A DNA stretch of 64,000 bases from Candidatus Polarisedimenticolaceae bacterium (GCA_036274395.1 DASUFT010000057.1:79-64078); one strand, 5' to 3'; shown: positions 26,789 through 37,468, counted from the stretch's first letter. A program made the numbers and translations. The notes: generated from the letters alone by a model not told the origin.

Positions 26789-27446
26789 GGGCCGCCCCCG
26801 CCGTGTGGAACAGGTGGTTCATGAGGTCGGACGAGGCCTGGTTCATCTCCACCTGGAAGGTCTCCAGCTTGCCGTTGAAGCTGTTGAAGGCGATCACGGC
26901 CGGGATGGCCACGAAGATGCCCAGGGCGGTGGCCACCAGGGCCTCGGCGATCCCGCCGGAGACCGCGGCCATGCCGCCGGAGCCGGTGGACGAGATCCCC
27001 TGGAAGGCGTTGATGATCCCCACCACGGTCCCGAAGAGGCCGATGAACGGCGCCGTGGAGCCGATGGTGGCCAGGATGCCCAGGCCCTGCTTCATCTCCA
27101 CCAGCGCCTCCACCTTCGAGTTCTCCAGGGCGCTGGTCACCCGCTCCATCTGAGCGTTGGGATCGGCGGCCTTGGCGCCGCTGTACTCGTTGATCCCCGC
27201 GGAGACCACGAGGGCCACGTGCGAGCCCTGGTGCTGCTTGGCGGCGTCGGCCGCTTCCTGGAGCTTGTCCGCGCGCAGGGAGTTGCCGAACACGGGCTTG
27301 AACTTCTGGGACTGGCGCGCAGCGGCGCGGAAGCGGCGCTGCTTCTGGAAGATCACTCCCACGGAGTAGATCGAGAGCATGGCGAGGCAGACCATCACTG
27401 CCATGCCGAACGGGCCCACGTTCCCCATCAGCTCCATCAAGCTCAT
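26775..27446 (-). CDS. MotA/TolQ/ExbB-family proton channel (223 aa)
   Basis: The start was trimmed to [24 protein letters not shown] (ATG at 27446, AAGGAG upstream). The conserved C-terminal half reads LGILATIGSTAPFIGLFGTVVGIINAF...GGIAEALVATALGIFVAIPAVIAFN. Confidence 0.92.
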   Translation of the reverse strand: MSLMELMGNVGPFGMAVMVCLAMLSIYSVGVIFQKQRRFRAAARQSQKFKPVFGNSLRADKLQEAADAAKQHQGSHVALVVSAGINEYSGAKAADPNAQMERVTSALENSKVEALVEMKQGLGILATIGSTAPFIGLFGTVVGIINAFQGISSTGSGGMAAVSGGIAEALVATALGIFVAIPAVIAFNSFNGKLETFQVEMNQASSDLMNHLFHTAGAAHAAR

Positions 27447-27778
27447 CACTTGCTCCTTCGCGAGGCAGTGGTGGACTGCGCCGCGTTGCTTTCCGATCGG
27501 ATGTCGTAGTAGCTCAGGGCTCTCAGGAACACTTCCCGGTCCACCGGCTGCCTGGAGTCGTCGAGCAGCGGCGAGATGCCCACGGAGGCGCCCAGCTCGG
27601 AGCTCTTCCAGGGCACGATGACCAGCGCTTTGGGCGCCTCCTGGTTCCCCAGGATGGACATGCCCTCCAGCGTCTTCGGCCCCTCCTTCGTCTCCGCCGC
27701 CGGCGTCTCTGGGGGCTCCGCCGCCCGCACCGTCCCGGCGGCCAGCAGCAACGGCAGGCACAACCACCTGGTGTTCAT
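27446..27778 (-). CDS. Small secreted/periplasmic protein (110 aa) of unknown function
   Basis: The start was trimmed to [19 protein letters not shown], a signal peptide. It has an ATGA overlap with the upstream TPR gene and a TGATG overlap with the ExbB-like start. Confidence 0.65.
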   Translation of the reverse strand: MNTRWLCLPLLLAAGTVRAAEPPETPAAETKEGPKTLEGMSILGNQEAPKALVIVPWKSSELGASVGISPLLDDSRQPVDREVFLRALSYYDIRSESNAAQSTTASRRSK

Positions 27779-28437
27779 GGCTTCTCCTGTTGACCGCGGA
27801 TGGCGGCGATCCACTTGCCGACCTCGGTGTCCTCGGGCACGAGCCTGCGGTACGCCTCGTAGTGCGTGAGGGCGCAGGCCTTGTCCCCGAGGTAGAGGTC
27901 GCAGAGGATCGCCAGGTTCCGGTGGGCGAAGTGGAAGTCGGGGAACTGGGCGAGGGCCTCTTCGTAGGCGGCCCGGGCTTCCGGGAACCGGCCCTTCCGC
28001 CGCAGCACCATCCCCAGCTCGTTGCAGGCGGCGGGGTGATGGGGGCTCAGCTCCAGCGCCTTTCTCAGGCTGGCCTCGGCGCGCTCCAGATCGCCGGTGC
28101 GCGCGTAGGCCATTCCCAGATCGACCTGGGGGGCGGTGGCCTCGGGGGCCCGCTCCGCCACCCTGAGGAGCACGGCGATCCCCGCCTCGAACCGGCCGGC
28201 CTCGAGCATGTTCACGGCCATGTCGTAGTCCGCCCGCACGTCGGGGGGGGCGTTCATGCGCTGGGTGATGGTGAAGCCGCCCGCGTCCTGGTGGACGCCG
28301 AGCTGCACCGCCTCCACCGAGGCCGTCACCGGCTTGGCCACCGGCGCCGGGGCCTCCGGGGGACGCTTGGCGCCCGCCCCGCAGCCGGCGGCCAGGAGCA
28401 GGGCCGCCGCGCAGCAGCTACTTCGGATCCGCATCAT
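27775..28437 (-). CDS. TPR-repeat lipoprotein (220 aa)
   Basis: The lipobox is LLLAAGC. TPR-type helices include [67 protein letters not shown] and [14 protein letters not shown]. Confidence 0.85.
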   Translation of the reverse strand: MMRIRSSCCAAALLLAAGCGAGAKRPPEAPAPVAKPVTASVEAVQLGVHQDAGGFTITQRMNAPPDVRADYDMAVNMLEAGRFEAGIAVLLRVAERAPEATAPQVDLGMAYARTGDLERAEASLRKALELSPHHPAACNELGMVLRRKGRFPEARAAYEEALAQFPDFHFAHRNLAILCDLYLGDKACALTHYEAYRRLVPEDTEVGKWIAAIRGQQEKP

Positions 28438-31400
28438 CCACCACCGGGCCGTCTCCCAGGGTCAACGGCGAGAGCTGCGCCACCGGAGAGCGATAGACGT
28501 AGGTGTCCATGGCATTGAGGAAGCCGCTGCTGGACTCGCTGCGGGCGTAGCGCCCGGGCGCCAGCTCCACCAGCTTTTCCAGGCTCTTCTCGGTCCAGGG
28601 ATTGAAGACGCCGGCGTGCAGCATCTCCAGGTTCTTCTCGTGGAAGTCGATGGCCTTCTCCTCGAAGGGGAACGCCTCGGTCTCCAGGGCCTCCGCGTAC
28701 TCCGCCTCGTCCCCGGGGTCGAGGTCGGCGGGGCGCTCGGATCCCGTCAGGGAGCGGCTGAAGTCGAGGTAGGTCTCGGCCATGTAGAAGGTGGCGGCCG
28801 CGGTCACGTCGGCGATCTCGTACTCCACCAGGCCGTCCATGGCGTCGATGACCGCGTCCATGCGCTTCTTCTTCTCCTGCAGGCTCTCCTCGAAGGGCTG
28901 CCGCAGCTTCACGTCCACGCACTGCTGGTAGAGGGGCTCCACCAGCACCAGGGCGGCACGTCCGGCCAGCGTCCTGGTGCGTGCCGTCCTGGCAGCGCCG
29001 GCCTCGCCGTCCGCGCGCACGATGTCCTGCAGCTCCTGGCGGTACAGCGCGTCCTCGTGCCGTGTCTTGTGGATCTCGGCGATCTTCCCCCGGGTCTCCA
29101 GGGCGGGCTCCAGGGGCGAGGGGAACGCCTCCACGTACCGGCGGTAGAGGTCGAGCGCGCGCTCGGGCGCGCTGGACTGCGCGTAGAGGTCTCCCGCCGT
29201 GAGCAGGGCCTCACTGCGGACCGCGGGATCGTCCGACTCGCCCGCCAGGCGGTCGTACTCGTCGGCGGCGTGCATCAGCTGGTTGCTCTCCCGGTAGGCG
29301 AGGGCGATCTGTCTGGTGGCCTCGCGACGCAGCTCGTGCTCCGGGTAGGCGGCGCGGAATCCCTCCAGCACGCTGGCCGCCGCCGTCCAGTCCTTAAGCG
29401 TCATCAGCGCGGCGCCGGCGTCGAACTCGGCGGTGGGGCGGATGGTGGAGGTGGGCGCCGCCGTGCGGATGCGGAGGAAGTGGTCGGCGGCGGCGCGATA
29501 GTCCTGCGCCTGCTTGGCCAGCTCGCCCTGCTTGTAGATGGAGGCGGCGAGGTTGTCCACCAGGGCGGCGTGGGAGGCATCGTCCTCCGCCGTCAGCCGC
29601 AGCACCTGGGTGTAGCCCTCCTCCGCCTGCGGGTACTGCGCCAGCTCGAAGGAGCCGTGTCCCACCACGATCCAGGCGGAGCGCCGGATGCCGGGCTCCG
29701 CCGCGGCATACGTGGTGAGCAGCCGCTGGGCGGTGGCCACCGCCGGGGGGTAGTCCTTCATCTCGTACAGGTCGTCGGCAGCCGCGCCCAGGATGGCGGG
29801 GGCGGCCTGATGCTCGGGGAAGGCGTCGGCGAACCTGAGGGAGGCGGCCACGGTGTCCCGCTTCACGGGCTCCCGCTGGTCCTCGGGCGCGACCTTCAGC
29901 TGCTCGCGGTAGGCGTAGACCGCGGCGTAACCGGCGGCCGCGGACTGCTCGTGCGCCGGGTAGTCGTAGGCGGTGCGCGCATACTGCCGGGCCGCCTCGC
30001 CGAAGTCCTTGTTCTCCAGGAGCAGGTCGGCCATCCGGTAGTTGATGGGCGCGGAATCCACCTCCTGGGGGAAGGAGGTGAGGTAGTCGCCGTACCAGCG
30101 CAGGGCCTCGCGGTAGTGCGCGAGCTTCTCGTCCGGCTTGTCGCTGCCCTGGTACTGGGCGTGGTAGTGGGTGGCCAGGTCCTTGAGGTTGGCCTTCAGG
30201 TAGTCCAGCACCTCCGGCGACTCTTCCGGCTTGAAGTGCCGCCAGTACTCGGCCTGCAGGCCATACCTGGCGGCGAACTCCCGCTTGGACTCCAGCACCA
30301 GCTTGGGGAAGCCGCCCTGGGTGAAGGTCTCCACCACCTTCATGGCGAAGCGCGGCGATGCCTTGTGGAAGGGGTAGAGGGTCTCGAAGGCCCGGTAGGT
30401 CTTGGCGGCGTCGTCGTAGCGCAGCTTGGCCAGGTAGTGCTCGCCCAGGTTGGCATAGATGCGGTCCTCGTAGCCCCGCGCGCCCGACCTGGAGAAGCAA
30501 TCCCGCACCGCCTCCGGTCCACCCAGGTTGCTGAAGCTCAGGCTGATGACGCGGAAGGTGTCGGTCACGCGGCGCTCGTCCTCTTCCGCGTGGCTCTCGT
30601 CGAAGTCGTAGCCGATGGAGACCTTGTAGTCGAGGAGGGCCAGGTAGTTCTGCAGGGCCTCCTCGTACATGTCCTGCTTGTAGAACGTCCAGCCCAGCTT
30701 GTAGAGCGCCAGCTCGTGGTACTCGGAGGCGGTGCCGAGCTTTAGGATGCTCCCGTAAGCGTCCTCGGCCTCGCGGTACTTGCGGCGCATGAAGAAGTAC
30801 TCGCCGCGCCGGAACTGCACCTCGTCCAGGTGCCCGGAGTGGGGGCTCACGCGGACCAGCTGCTCCATCGTGGCCATGGCCTCTTCCGTGCGGCCCAGCT
30901 CGTCGTAGGCCCGCGCCTTCTGGTAGAGGACCTGGTCGCTGTGCTCGTACTGCGGGTACTCGGTGAGCAGCCGGTCGTAGAGGGCGATGGCCTCCAGGGG
31001 ACCGGAGGCGTTGGCGTCGGTGCCCAGGGCGTCCCCCGGCATGGCCGTCCAGTTGCTGGCCAGCAGGGTTCCCGTCTCCGACGTGGTGCGGCGCTCGAAG
31101 TCCTGGTCGGACTCGCGGGGGCCGCCGGCCGGGGCAGGATCGGGGACCGAAGCCTGCAGGGGAGCGCTCTCCGGCGCCGCCATCTCCCTGGGCTTGCTCT
31201 CGCCGGTGTGGATGCCGAAGCGCTTCTCGAGCTGGAGGTCGGCCAGGCGCCGCATGGCCTCGGGCGTCATCGCCGTCTCCGGCGTGTCGGCCAGGAAGCG
31301 CCGGTAGCCCTCCATGGCCTGGTCGAGGCCGCCCTCGACCTGAGCTTCCTCGAGGTCCGGGCGCACGTCGTGCAGGGTGGCCAGCGTGCCAGAGGGCGAG

Positions 31401-31474
31401 ACCGGGCGGTGCTTCTGCGCGCAGCCGGCCATGGGTGCCGCCGCCAGCGCCAGGAGGAGCGTGAGACGGCGCAT
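28418..31474 (-). CDS. Large TPR-repeat lipoprotein (1018 aa)
   Basis: The start was trimmed to [18 protein letters not shown], a lipobox. Many TPR-like pairs run along the whole length, for example [64 protein letters not shown] and [20 protein letters not shown]. Confidence 0.85.
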   Translation of the reverse strand: MRRLTLLLALAAAPMAGCAQKHRPVSPSGTLATLHDVRPDLEEAQVEGGLDQAMEGYRRFLADTPETAMTPEAMRRLADLQLEKRFGIHTGESKPREMAAPESAPLQASVPDPAPAGGPRESDQDFERRTTSETGTLLASNWTAMPGDALGTDANASGPLEAIALYDRLLTEYPQYEHSDQVLYQKARAYDELGRTEEAMATMEQLVRVSPHSGHLDEVQFRRGEYFFMRRKYREAEDAYGSILKLGTASEYHELALYKLGWTFYKQDMYEEALQNYLALLDYKVSIGYDFDESHAEEDERRVTDTFRVISLSFSNLGGPEAVRDCFSRSGARGYEDRIYANLGEHYLAKLRYDDAAKTYRAFETLYPFHKASPRFAMKVVETFTQGGFPKLVLESKREFAARYGLQAEYWRHFKPEESPEVLDYLKANLKDLATHYHAQYQGSDKPDEKLAHYREALRWYGDYLTSFPQEVDSAPINYRMADLLLENKDFGEAARQYARTAYDYPAHEQSAAAGYAAVYAYREQLKVAPEDQREPVKRDTVAASLRFADAFPEHQAAPAILGAAADDLYEMKDYPPAVATAQRLLTTYAAAEPGIRRSAWIVVGHGSFELAQYPQAEEGYTQVLRLTAEDDASHAALVDNLAASIYKQGELAKQAQDYRAAADHFLRIRTAAPTSTIRPTAEFDAGAALMTLKDWTAAASVLEGFRAAYPEHELRREATRQIALAYRESNQLMHAADEYDRLAGESDDPAVRSEALLTAGDLYAQSSAPERALDLYRRYVEAFPSPLEPALETRGKIAEIHKTRHEDALYRQELQDIVRADGEAGAARTARTRTLAGRAALVLVEPLYQQCVDVKLRQPFEESLQEKKKRMDAVIDAMDGLVEYEIADVTAAATFYMAETYLDFSRSLTGSERPADLDPGDEAEYAEALETEAFPFEEKAIDFHEKNLEMLHAGVFNPWTEKSLEKLVELAPGRYARSESSSGFLNAMDTYVYRSPVAQLSPLTLGDGPVVDDADPK

Positions 31475-33345
31475 CAGCGTGCCTCCGGGCCCGGCCCCGA
31501 CGGCACGCGGGAGGCGCGGTCGTAGCTGTCCGCCACCGCGTAGCGGGCCTGCGTCTGCTGCGCCGCCAGGCGCTCCCGGCGGGACTGGAGCTGGTTGATG
31601 GCGACGGTCTCGATCATGTGACCCTGACGGGAGGACAGCATCTCCACCTTCTCCAGGGCCTCGCCCACGCGCTGCCGCAGCCGGGAGATCTGGGCGTCGT
31701 AGCCCACGTAGCTGTGGGTGGCGGCCTGGCGCGTGCGCACGAACGCGTCGTACTGCTCGTTCATGTCCGCCACGTCCGCATCGAGCGCGATCAGGTGCTC
31801 GAAGGCCGCCGTGAGCCTGGTGTGGTACTCGGTCTCCAGGCGCCAGGTGAGGGCGCCCTGCAGGCGGGCCACCCGCTCCCGCAGGGGATCGGTGTCGCCG
31901 AGCTGCTTCTCGATGGCCTCCAGGCGCTCGCCGGCGATCCGCTCCTCGGCCGTGGCCAGGTACTGGGGGCGGGGAGCGGTGAGCATGGCGTGCAGGCGCT
32001 TCCCCACGTTCTTCTGCTGCTCCAGGCGGAGGCGGATGCGCGCGTCCAGCTCCTGGAACTGTGCGTCCACCTCCGGCAGCAGCGGCGCGTAGTTCTCGCC
32101 CCGCAGCCGGATGACGTCCTCGAAGGCATCGAGGCTGGTCTGCCAGCGGCGGAGGCGCGACTGCAGGTCTTCCAGGTCCAGGTAGTTGTGCAGGGCGGTC
32201 TGGAAGTCGTGCGAGGCCATGAGCTCCATGAGGTAATAGGTCTCGGGCGCTTCCGGCAGCGTGCGCAGGCGGATGACCCACCCCTCGTCCTGCCGGCTCT
32301 CCTCACGCACCAGCGCGGTGAGGAAGCGGCCCTCCCGGATGCTGGCCACGGAGGCGTCCACCCGCTCGATCTGGGTGCTGAACAGCTCCAGCGCGCGGCC
32401 GTAGAGGAGGGCGGCGCGGCCGTGCAGGTTCAGGCTGGCGTAGGCGTAGGGGGTGGCCAGCATGGCCTCCTGCACCGCGGCGTCCGTGGGCTCGCGCTCG
32501 GCCAGGATGTTCCAGGGAACCAGGGCGCGGTCGTAGTGCTGTGCCGTGGCCTCGCCCGTTCCCGCCCGCAGCAGGGCCTGGTTGGAGAAGGGGCCCTCCA
32601 GGCGGACGCGGTCGAGCGCCGTCGTGCCCCGGACCGTGTCGCCGGACTCGAACAGGAGCGTGCCCAGCACGAGGTTCGACTTGTCGCGGATGGCCAGGGC
32701 GGCTGGATCGGAGGCGGAGAGCTGTCCGGCCCGCTCCAGCTGCTCGATCGCCTCCTGCTGCCGCCCATCCTGGAGGAGGGCGATGCCCAGGTTGTAGACC
32801 ACGAACCCCGCCAGGTCGTCGCCGGCCTGCACCTCCTGCAGCACCTTCACGGCGTCGCCCGGCCGCCCGGTGGCCATGTAGATGTTGGCGCGCAGGAACT
32901 CGACGTCGTCCTGGATCTCCGGAGGCACCGGACCCTCGATCCGGGCCAGGGCGTTCAGGGCGTCGTCGAGCTGCCCCTTCTGGAAGTGGATGCGGGCGAG
33001 CCGGAAGGCGGCCTCGTTCTTCACCAGCGGATCCACCGCACCTTCCAGGACCGCCTTGATGGCGCGTCCGGCGCGGTGGTGCATGCGGTAGTTCAGCTCG
33101 AAGTCGCCCACCGAGAACTCGGCGTCGTTCACGTGGTAGTGGAGGGTGTCCAGGCCGGGCTCGTCCAGGCCGTGGTACATGGCCAGCTCGGTGTCCAGCC
33201 TCTGCAGTGCGTCGAAGAACTGGCCCTGGTACGCCTCGTACAGCGCTTCACCGAAGTACACGTCGCGCAGGTCGGCCGCCCCGGCGGGCGGGACCGCCAG
33301 CGCCAACACCAATGCGGCTGCGAGAAGCGGCTGCCGGGCGTGCAT
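31474..33345 (-). CDS. Secreted TPR plus coiled-coil protein (623 aa)
   Basis: Signal peptide MHARQPLLAAALVLALAVPPAGA. The N-terminal half is TPR-like (FRLARIHFQKGQLDDALNAL, YNLGIALLQDGRQQEAIEQL). The C-terminal half has heptad-like, R/E/Q/L-rich segments. Confidence 0.8.
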   Translation of the reverse strand: MHARQPLLAAALVLALAVPPAGAADLRDVYFGEALYEAYQGQFFDALQRLDTELAMYHGLDEPGLDTLHYHVNDAEFSVGDFELNYRMHHRAGRAIKAVLEGAVDPLVKNEAAFRLARIHFQKGQLDDALNALARIEGPVPPEIQDDVEFLRANIYMATGRPGDAVKVLQEVQAGDDLAGFVVYNLGIALLQDGRQQEAIEQLERAGQLSASDPAALAIRDKSNLVLGTLLFESGDTVRGTTALDRVRLEGPFSNQALLRAGTGEATAQHYDRALVPWNILAEREPTDAAVQEAMLATPYAYASLNLHGRAALLYGRALELFSTQIERVDASVASIREGRFLTALVREESRQDEGWVIRLRTLPEAPETYYLMELMASHDFQTALHNYLDLEDLQSRLRRWQTSLDAFEDVIRLRGENYAPLLPEVDAQFQELDARIRLRLEQQKNVGKRLHAMLTAPRPQYLATAEERIAGERLEAIEKQLGDTDPLRERVARLQGALTWRLETEYHTRLTAAFEHLIALDADVADMNEQYDAFVRTRQAATHSYVGYDAQISRLRQRVGEALEKVEMLSSRQGHMIETVAINQLQSRRERLAAQQTQARYAVADSYDRASRVPSGPGPEAR

Positions 33346-33348
33346 CGC

Positions 33349-33888
33349 TCACCATTCCTCGAGCGCGATGGGAGCGATGGCGGAGTCCGTCCCCGCCACC
33401 CGCAGGCCCACCAGCTTGGGCTTCACCTCCTTGCGGAAGGTGAAGTGCTCGGTGTGGCTGTAGTCGGCCCCGCCCTCGAGCTTGCCGTCGACCATCACCT
33501 CGAGCTGGTGCTCGCCGGTGGTCACGTTTCCCACGTAGAGCCGCTGCACGCCGCCCTTTCGCAGGGCCTCCAGCTCCTTGAAGCTGTAGATGTAGTGGGC
33601 GACGAGCTGGCCGTCGATCTGCACGCGCACCGCGTCCAGGCGCATGGGCTCGCCCTTGGCCAGGGCCACGAAGAGCGCCACCTCCGTCCCCGAGGGATAG
33701 AGGAGCTTCTCCTCCAGGCGGCTCAGCTCCTGGGAGATGCCCAGGACGTCCGACTTGATCTCCTGGACCTGCTCGTCGAGCCCCCGCATCTGCTGCTGGT
33801 CGCTCTGCCCGGCCCGGCCGGGGCTGCCGCCCAGGCAGAGGAGGACGGCCAGGATGGCAATGAGCGTGATCCGGCTGCGTCGGGCCAT
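33349..33888 (-). CDS. Membrane-anchored or secreted coiled-coil plus beta-rich protein (179 aa), first gene of the envelope operon
   Basis: N-terminal hydrophobic segment ITLIAILAVLLCLGG. A coiled-coil stretch, QQQMRGLDEQVQEIKSDVLGISQELSRLEEKLL, is followed by a beta-rich domain. The next start is 3 nt downstream. Confidence 0.7.
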   Translation of the reverse strand: MARRSRITLIAILAVLLCLGGSPGRAGQSDQQQMRGLDEQVQEIKSDVLGISQELSRLEEKLLYPSGTEVALFVALAKGEPMRLDAVRVQIDGQLVAHYIYSFKELEALRKGGVQRLYVGNVTTGEHQLEVMVDGKLEGGADYSHTEHFTFRKEVKPKLVGLRVAGTDSAIAPIALEEW

Positions 33889-34077
33889 GGCACCCCCTCG
33901 TCTTCCCGCTCCCCACGGATCGGGCGCGCGGCAGGGGAGGGCAAGGGGCGTGCCGTGTGGGTTTTGGCGCAGGAGGCGGCTAACGGAGCGAGGGGAGGGA
34001 GAATCCGGGGGGTCGCGATGACGATTCGGTCACGGCCGTGCCCGGCCTCCGGTCACGGGCGGAAGAGCCGGAAAGCC

Positions 34078-35358
34078 CTACGGCGGAGGTGCCGCCAGCA
34101 AACCCCGCGCCCTCAGCCATTCCTGGATGGTGCAGATCTCCCGGGGAGAGACGCGGTCCCACACCCAGAAGCCCTGCGGCCAGTTCCAGTCCCCGCCCTC
34201 GAGGTGCTGGCCGAGGTAGCGGTTGTGCCCTTCGCCGGGAAGCGTCACGAGCGTGACGTCGCGGTTTCCGGCCTCGGCGAGATAGCCCCGCATCTTCTCG
34301 AGGTTCTCGGCTGGTGGGACCAGCGTGTCCTTTTCTCCGAAGAGGGCCAGGAGGGGCACGCGGGTGCGCCGCAGCACCGGGGCCGGGTCGTACGCCTGAC
34401 GCCGCCACCCTTCCAGGTCCTCGGCCGAGGTCACGAGCTGCACGTGGGTGGCCCAGGGGCGGTCGCGCAGCTCCGCGGCGCGCCTGGCCACCGTTTCCCA
34501 GGCTCCGGAGCTCTCGGCAGCGCGCAGCATCGCGTCCGTGTAGGCCGTCGCTTCTCCCACCGCCGCTTCGTCCAGCCCCTCTGCCCGCATGGTGTAAGCG
34601 ACGCGCTGCCGCTCCTGCTCGGCCACCGTGACCGCTGCTCCCTTCTCCAGCACGAGGAAGGCCGTCGCCTTCACGCGCGTGGCGGCGAGCGGGGCCAGCC
34701 AGCCGCCCTGGCTCGTGCCGAAGAAGCCGACCCGCCGGGGATCGATGCCCGGCCGGTGCGCCAGGAAGGCATGGGCGGCGGCCGCGTCGTCGGCCAGCGC
34801 GGCGAACGTCGCATCCTCCGATCGCTTGTCGTAGACGAGCGCCACCACGCCCATCCGCGCGAACATCGGTCCCAGGCCGCGATACTCCCACTGCGAGCGC
34901 TTTCCTGGGCCGGAGCCATGGATCACCACCACGCCGGGATGGCGGCCTTCCCACGCCGGCCGATAGACGGTTCCCGCGAGCGCGCCGTCGCGTCCGAACC
35001 GCACCTCCTCCTGCAGGTACTCCGGCGCGCGGGCGGGCACCCTCTTGAGGTGGAGCGCGACCGGTGGGCCCCAGTCGGCGTTGATGGCGGTGATCTCCTG
35101 CGCGGGCTCGCTGAGACGTCCCAGGAAGCGGCCATACTTGAAGCGCAGCTCGATCTCCTCTCCGGAGGCGCGCACGGAGTCCAGCGCCTCGCCGAAGAGG
35201 TTCAGGTCCGGGATGTCGTAGATGCCGGCCACTCCCTCCCCGGTGGACCGGAGCTCGAACACCACGCCCTGGGTGGCGTTGTTCCGCACCACGGCGCCTT
35301 CCCAGCGTCCGGCGAGGTCGGCACCGGAGAGCGCGGCCAGGAGCACGGCGCCGATCAT
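34078..35358 (-). CDS. Alpha/beta hydrolase of the S9/dienelactone-hydrolase type (426 aa)
   Basis: The start was trimmed to MIGAVLLAALSG (ATG at 35358, ATGA overlap with the BlaR1-like stop). Motifs: VVVIHGSGPG, the nucleophile elbow GTSQGGW, and LFGEKDTLVP plus GEGH. Confidence 0.85.
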   Translation of the reverse strand: MIGAVLLAALSGADLAGRWEGAVVRNNATQGVVFELRSTGEGVAGIYDIPDLNLFGEALDSVRASGEEIELRFKYGRFLGRLSEPAQEITAINADWGPPVALHLKRVPARAPEYLQEEVRFGRDGALAGTVYRPAWEGRHPGVVVIHGSGPGKRSQWEYRGLGPMFARMGVVALVYDKRSEDATFAALADDAAAAHAFLAHRPGIDPRRVGFFGTSQGGWLAPLAATRVKATAFLVLEKGAAVTVAEQERQRVAYTMRAEGLDEAAVGEATAYTDAMLRAAESSGAWETVARRAAELRDRPWATHVQLVTSAEDLEGWRRQAYDPAPVLRRTRVPLLALFGEKDTLVPPAENLEKMRGYLAEAGNRDVTLVTLPGEGHNRYLGQHLEGGDWNWPQGFWVWDRVSPREICTIQEWLRARGLLAAPPP

Positions 35359-37085
35359 GGGCGCTCCTCCGGCAGCTCCACCCGGGGCCACCGACTCTCG
35401 ATCCGGGAGTCGAGCAGGCCCCAGTGCCCCCCGTCCTCGAAGCCGACCCCGACCACCTGGACCGTCATGTGCTCGGGAGAGCCGGGGACGATGGGGTTCG
35501 AGCGGAACAGCAGCTCGCATCCAGGGGGAAGCTCCACCGCGCGCGCGGTGACGGCGTGCCCCGGAGCATCGGACTTGAAGCGGAGCTTCACCAGGGTGAT
35601 GCGCCGCCGGGTGGTGTTCTCGAGCGCGACCTCCACCTGCGAGGGTGCGCCGGGGATGCTGAAGGCGCGTGCCGACCTGACATTCAGCGGTGCGCCGTTC
35701 GGGTTCGCGAAGCGCGCGGGGACGCCCTCCCCGGCGGGAGCGGCGACAGGAACGGGGCCCGGACCGAAGCGCACGCCGTCGATCCGGGCGTGCAGCGGGG
35801 CGGCGGTCCCTGCCGGCCGCGTGTTGTGCCACGTCCGCCAGTCCGGCTGCAGGATCGTCGTTCCGTGCGGGGGGAGCGAGAGGTCGAGGTCCACCGCGTC
35901 ACGCCAGGTGCTCCCGTCCCCGAACCCGAGGAGGATGCCGGTCACGGCACGGCCGGTCCCGTTCTCGAGCCGGATCTCCGGAGGGTGCACGATCTCCTCG
36001 CTCCCGGCGGCGGCGATGCGCGCCCGGGCCGCCGTCATGCGCACCGGCTGGGGCGAGCGGTCGATGGTCACCGGTCGCCAGTGGGTTTGCTCCATCCCCG
36101 CCAGGGAGAGCGTGACGCAGGCGAGGGTCACCAGCACGCACGAGGCGTGCTGGCCGGCGCTGCGCGGGTTCGCCGGACGGCGGAGACCGGCGATGCGCGC
36201 CCGCAGGGCGGCCGTCGCCGTCACCATGCCGGGCACCGGCGCGCCCAGGCTGGCACGACAGGCCTTGGCCAGCGCCAGGAGATAGACCTGCGGGCTCCCG
36301 CCGCTCCGCAGGACCTCCTCGTCGCAGGCGCGCTCGCGCTCCACGGCCAGCCTCCGGTCCAGGAGCCACACCACCGGGAAGAACCAGAGCACGCAGGAGA
36401 GCGCGGCCTGCACGGCATGCACGAGGGGATCGCGCCGCCGGACGTGCGCCAGCTCGTGCTGGAGGATGGTGTCGAGCTCCGCCGGCTCCAGGACCCGGGT
36501 GAGCGCGTCCGGAATGACGATGGTGGGGTGGAGGATGCCGGCCGAGCCCAGGTGCTCTGCCTCCTCCGAGGCCAGGAGACGGACCCTGGGGGTGGGGCGG
36601 GAGCGGCCTAGCCGTGCCAGCGCCTCGTGCGCCGGGCCGCTTTCGAGCGGCCTCGCCCTCGCCAGCAGCCGCGCCAGCGCAACCTGCCGGCGGGCGAGAC
36701 CTCCGGCTGTGCACAGGAACCCGGCCGTCCAGATCAGGGAGGCGATGCAGAGGATCTCGGAGTGCCCGCCGGAAGGAACGACGAGATCGGGGACGCGCGC
36801 CACGGTCATCCAGCCGCCCACGGTCGCCATGCTCGGCCCCGTCTCCAGGGACAGGGGCGAGGTGCGCGAAAGCCATGCCAGCGCGGCCGTGAGGAGGAAC
36901 GAGGGGACGGCGAGCTTCACCGCGAGCAGAAGCCAGAGGCGGTGACGGGCGCGTGCCGGGGCGCGGCGGAGTGCCAGCGCCGCGAGGAGCACCACCAGGG
37001 CCAGCAGGGTCCCTTCCCACAGGTGATGGACCACACGAGGCCAGACCCAGGCCGATCCTGCCGCGAGCCAGGCGTGTGCGTTCAT
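35355..37085 (-). CDS. M56-family (BlaR1-like) membrane metalloprotease/signal transducer (576 aa) with a non-penicillin-binding C-terminal domain
   Basis: HELAHVRRRD is the HExxH motif. There are multiple N-terminal TM segments. The C-terminal roughly 250 aa carry no SxxK/KTG transpeptidase motifs. Confidence 0.85.
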   Translation of the reverse strand: MNAHAWLAAGSAWVWPRVVHHLWEGTLLALVVLLAALALRRAPARARHRLWLLLAVKLAVPSFLLTAALAWLSRTSPLSLETGPSMATVGGWMTVARVPDLVVPSGGHSEILCIASLIWTAGFLCTAGGLARRQVALARLLARARPLESGPAHEALARLGRSRPTPRVRLLASEEAEHLGSAGILHPTIVIPDALTRVLEPAELDTILQHELAHVRRRDPLVHAVQAALSCVLWFFPVVWLLDRRLAVERERACDEEVLRSGGSPQVYLLALAKACRASLGAPVPGMVTATAALRARIAGLRRPANPRSAGQHASCVLVTLACVTLSLAGMEQTHWRPVTIDRSPQPVRMTAARARIAAAGSEEIVHPPEIRLENGTGRAVTGILLGFGDGSTWRDAVDLDLSLPPHGTTILQPDWRTWHNTRPAGTAAPLHARIDGVRFGPGPVPVAAPAGEGVPARFANPNGAPLNVRSARAFSIPGAPSQVEVALENTTRRRITLVKLRFKSDAPGHAVTARAVELPPGCELLFRSNPIVPGSPEHMTVQVVGVGFEDGGHWGLLDSRIESRWPRVELPEERP

Positions 37086-37468
37086 CCCTTTCTCCTGCCG
37101 CCGCCGGGCCCCTGCTTCACGGCGGACTCGATCTCCCGGAGGTCGTCGAGCGAGAGCTTTCCGGTTTCCACGAGGTGGAGCATGAGCGGGCGCGCGCCGC
37201 CCACCAGGGCGAGGAACTCGTCCACCAGGCGGCGCTGCGCCGACTGCCGCGTCACCGCGGGCTCGAAGAGATGGGCATTCCCCACCTTGCGAACGCGCCG
37301 CAGGGCGCCCTTGGTCTCCAGCCGGCCCACGATCGTCTGCACGGTGGTGTAGGCCAGGGGCTTCCTGGACGTGAGCCGGGCGTGGACCTCGCGGATGGAC
37401 AGCGGCGTCGAGGCCCCGCTCGTCCAGAACGCCTCCATCACCTCGTGCTCGAACGGGGAGAGCTTCAC
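37082..37468 (-). CDS. BlaI/MecI/CopY-family winged-helix repressor (128 aa)
   Basis: LSPFEHEVMEAFW...PLSIREVHARL...YTTVQTIVGRLETKGAL is typical of the family. The gene has a GTG start with AGGAGG upstream and overlaps the M56 gene by 4 nt. Confidence 0.9.
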   Translation of the reverse strand: MKLSPFEHEVMEAFWTSGASTPLSIREVHARLTSRKPLAYTTVQTIVGRLETKGALRRVRKVGNAHLFEPAVTRQSAQRRLVDEFLALVGGARPLMLHLVETGKLSLDDLREIESAVKQGPGGGRRKG

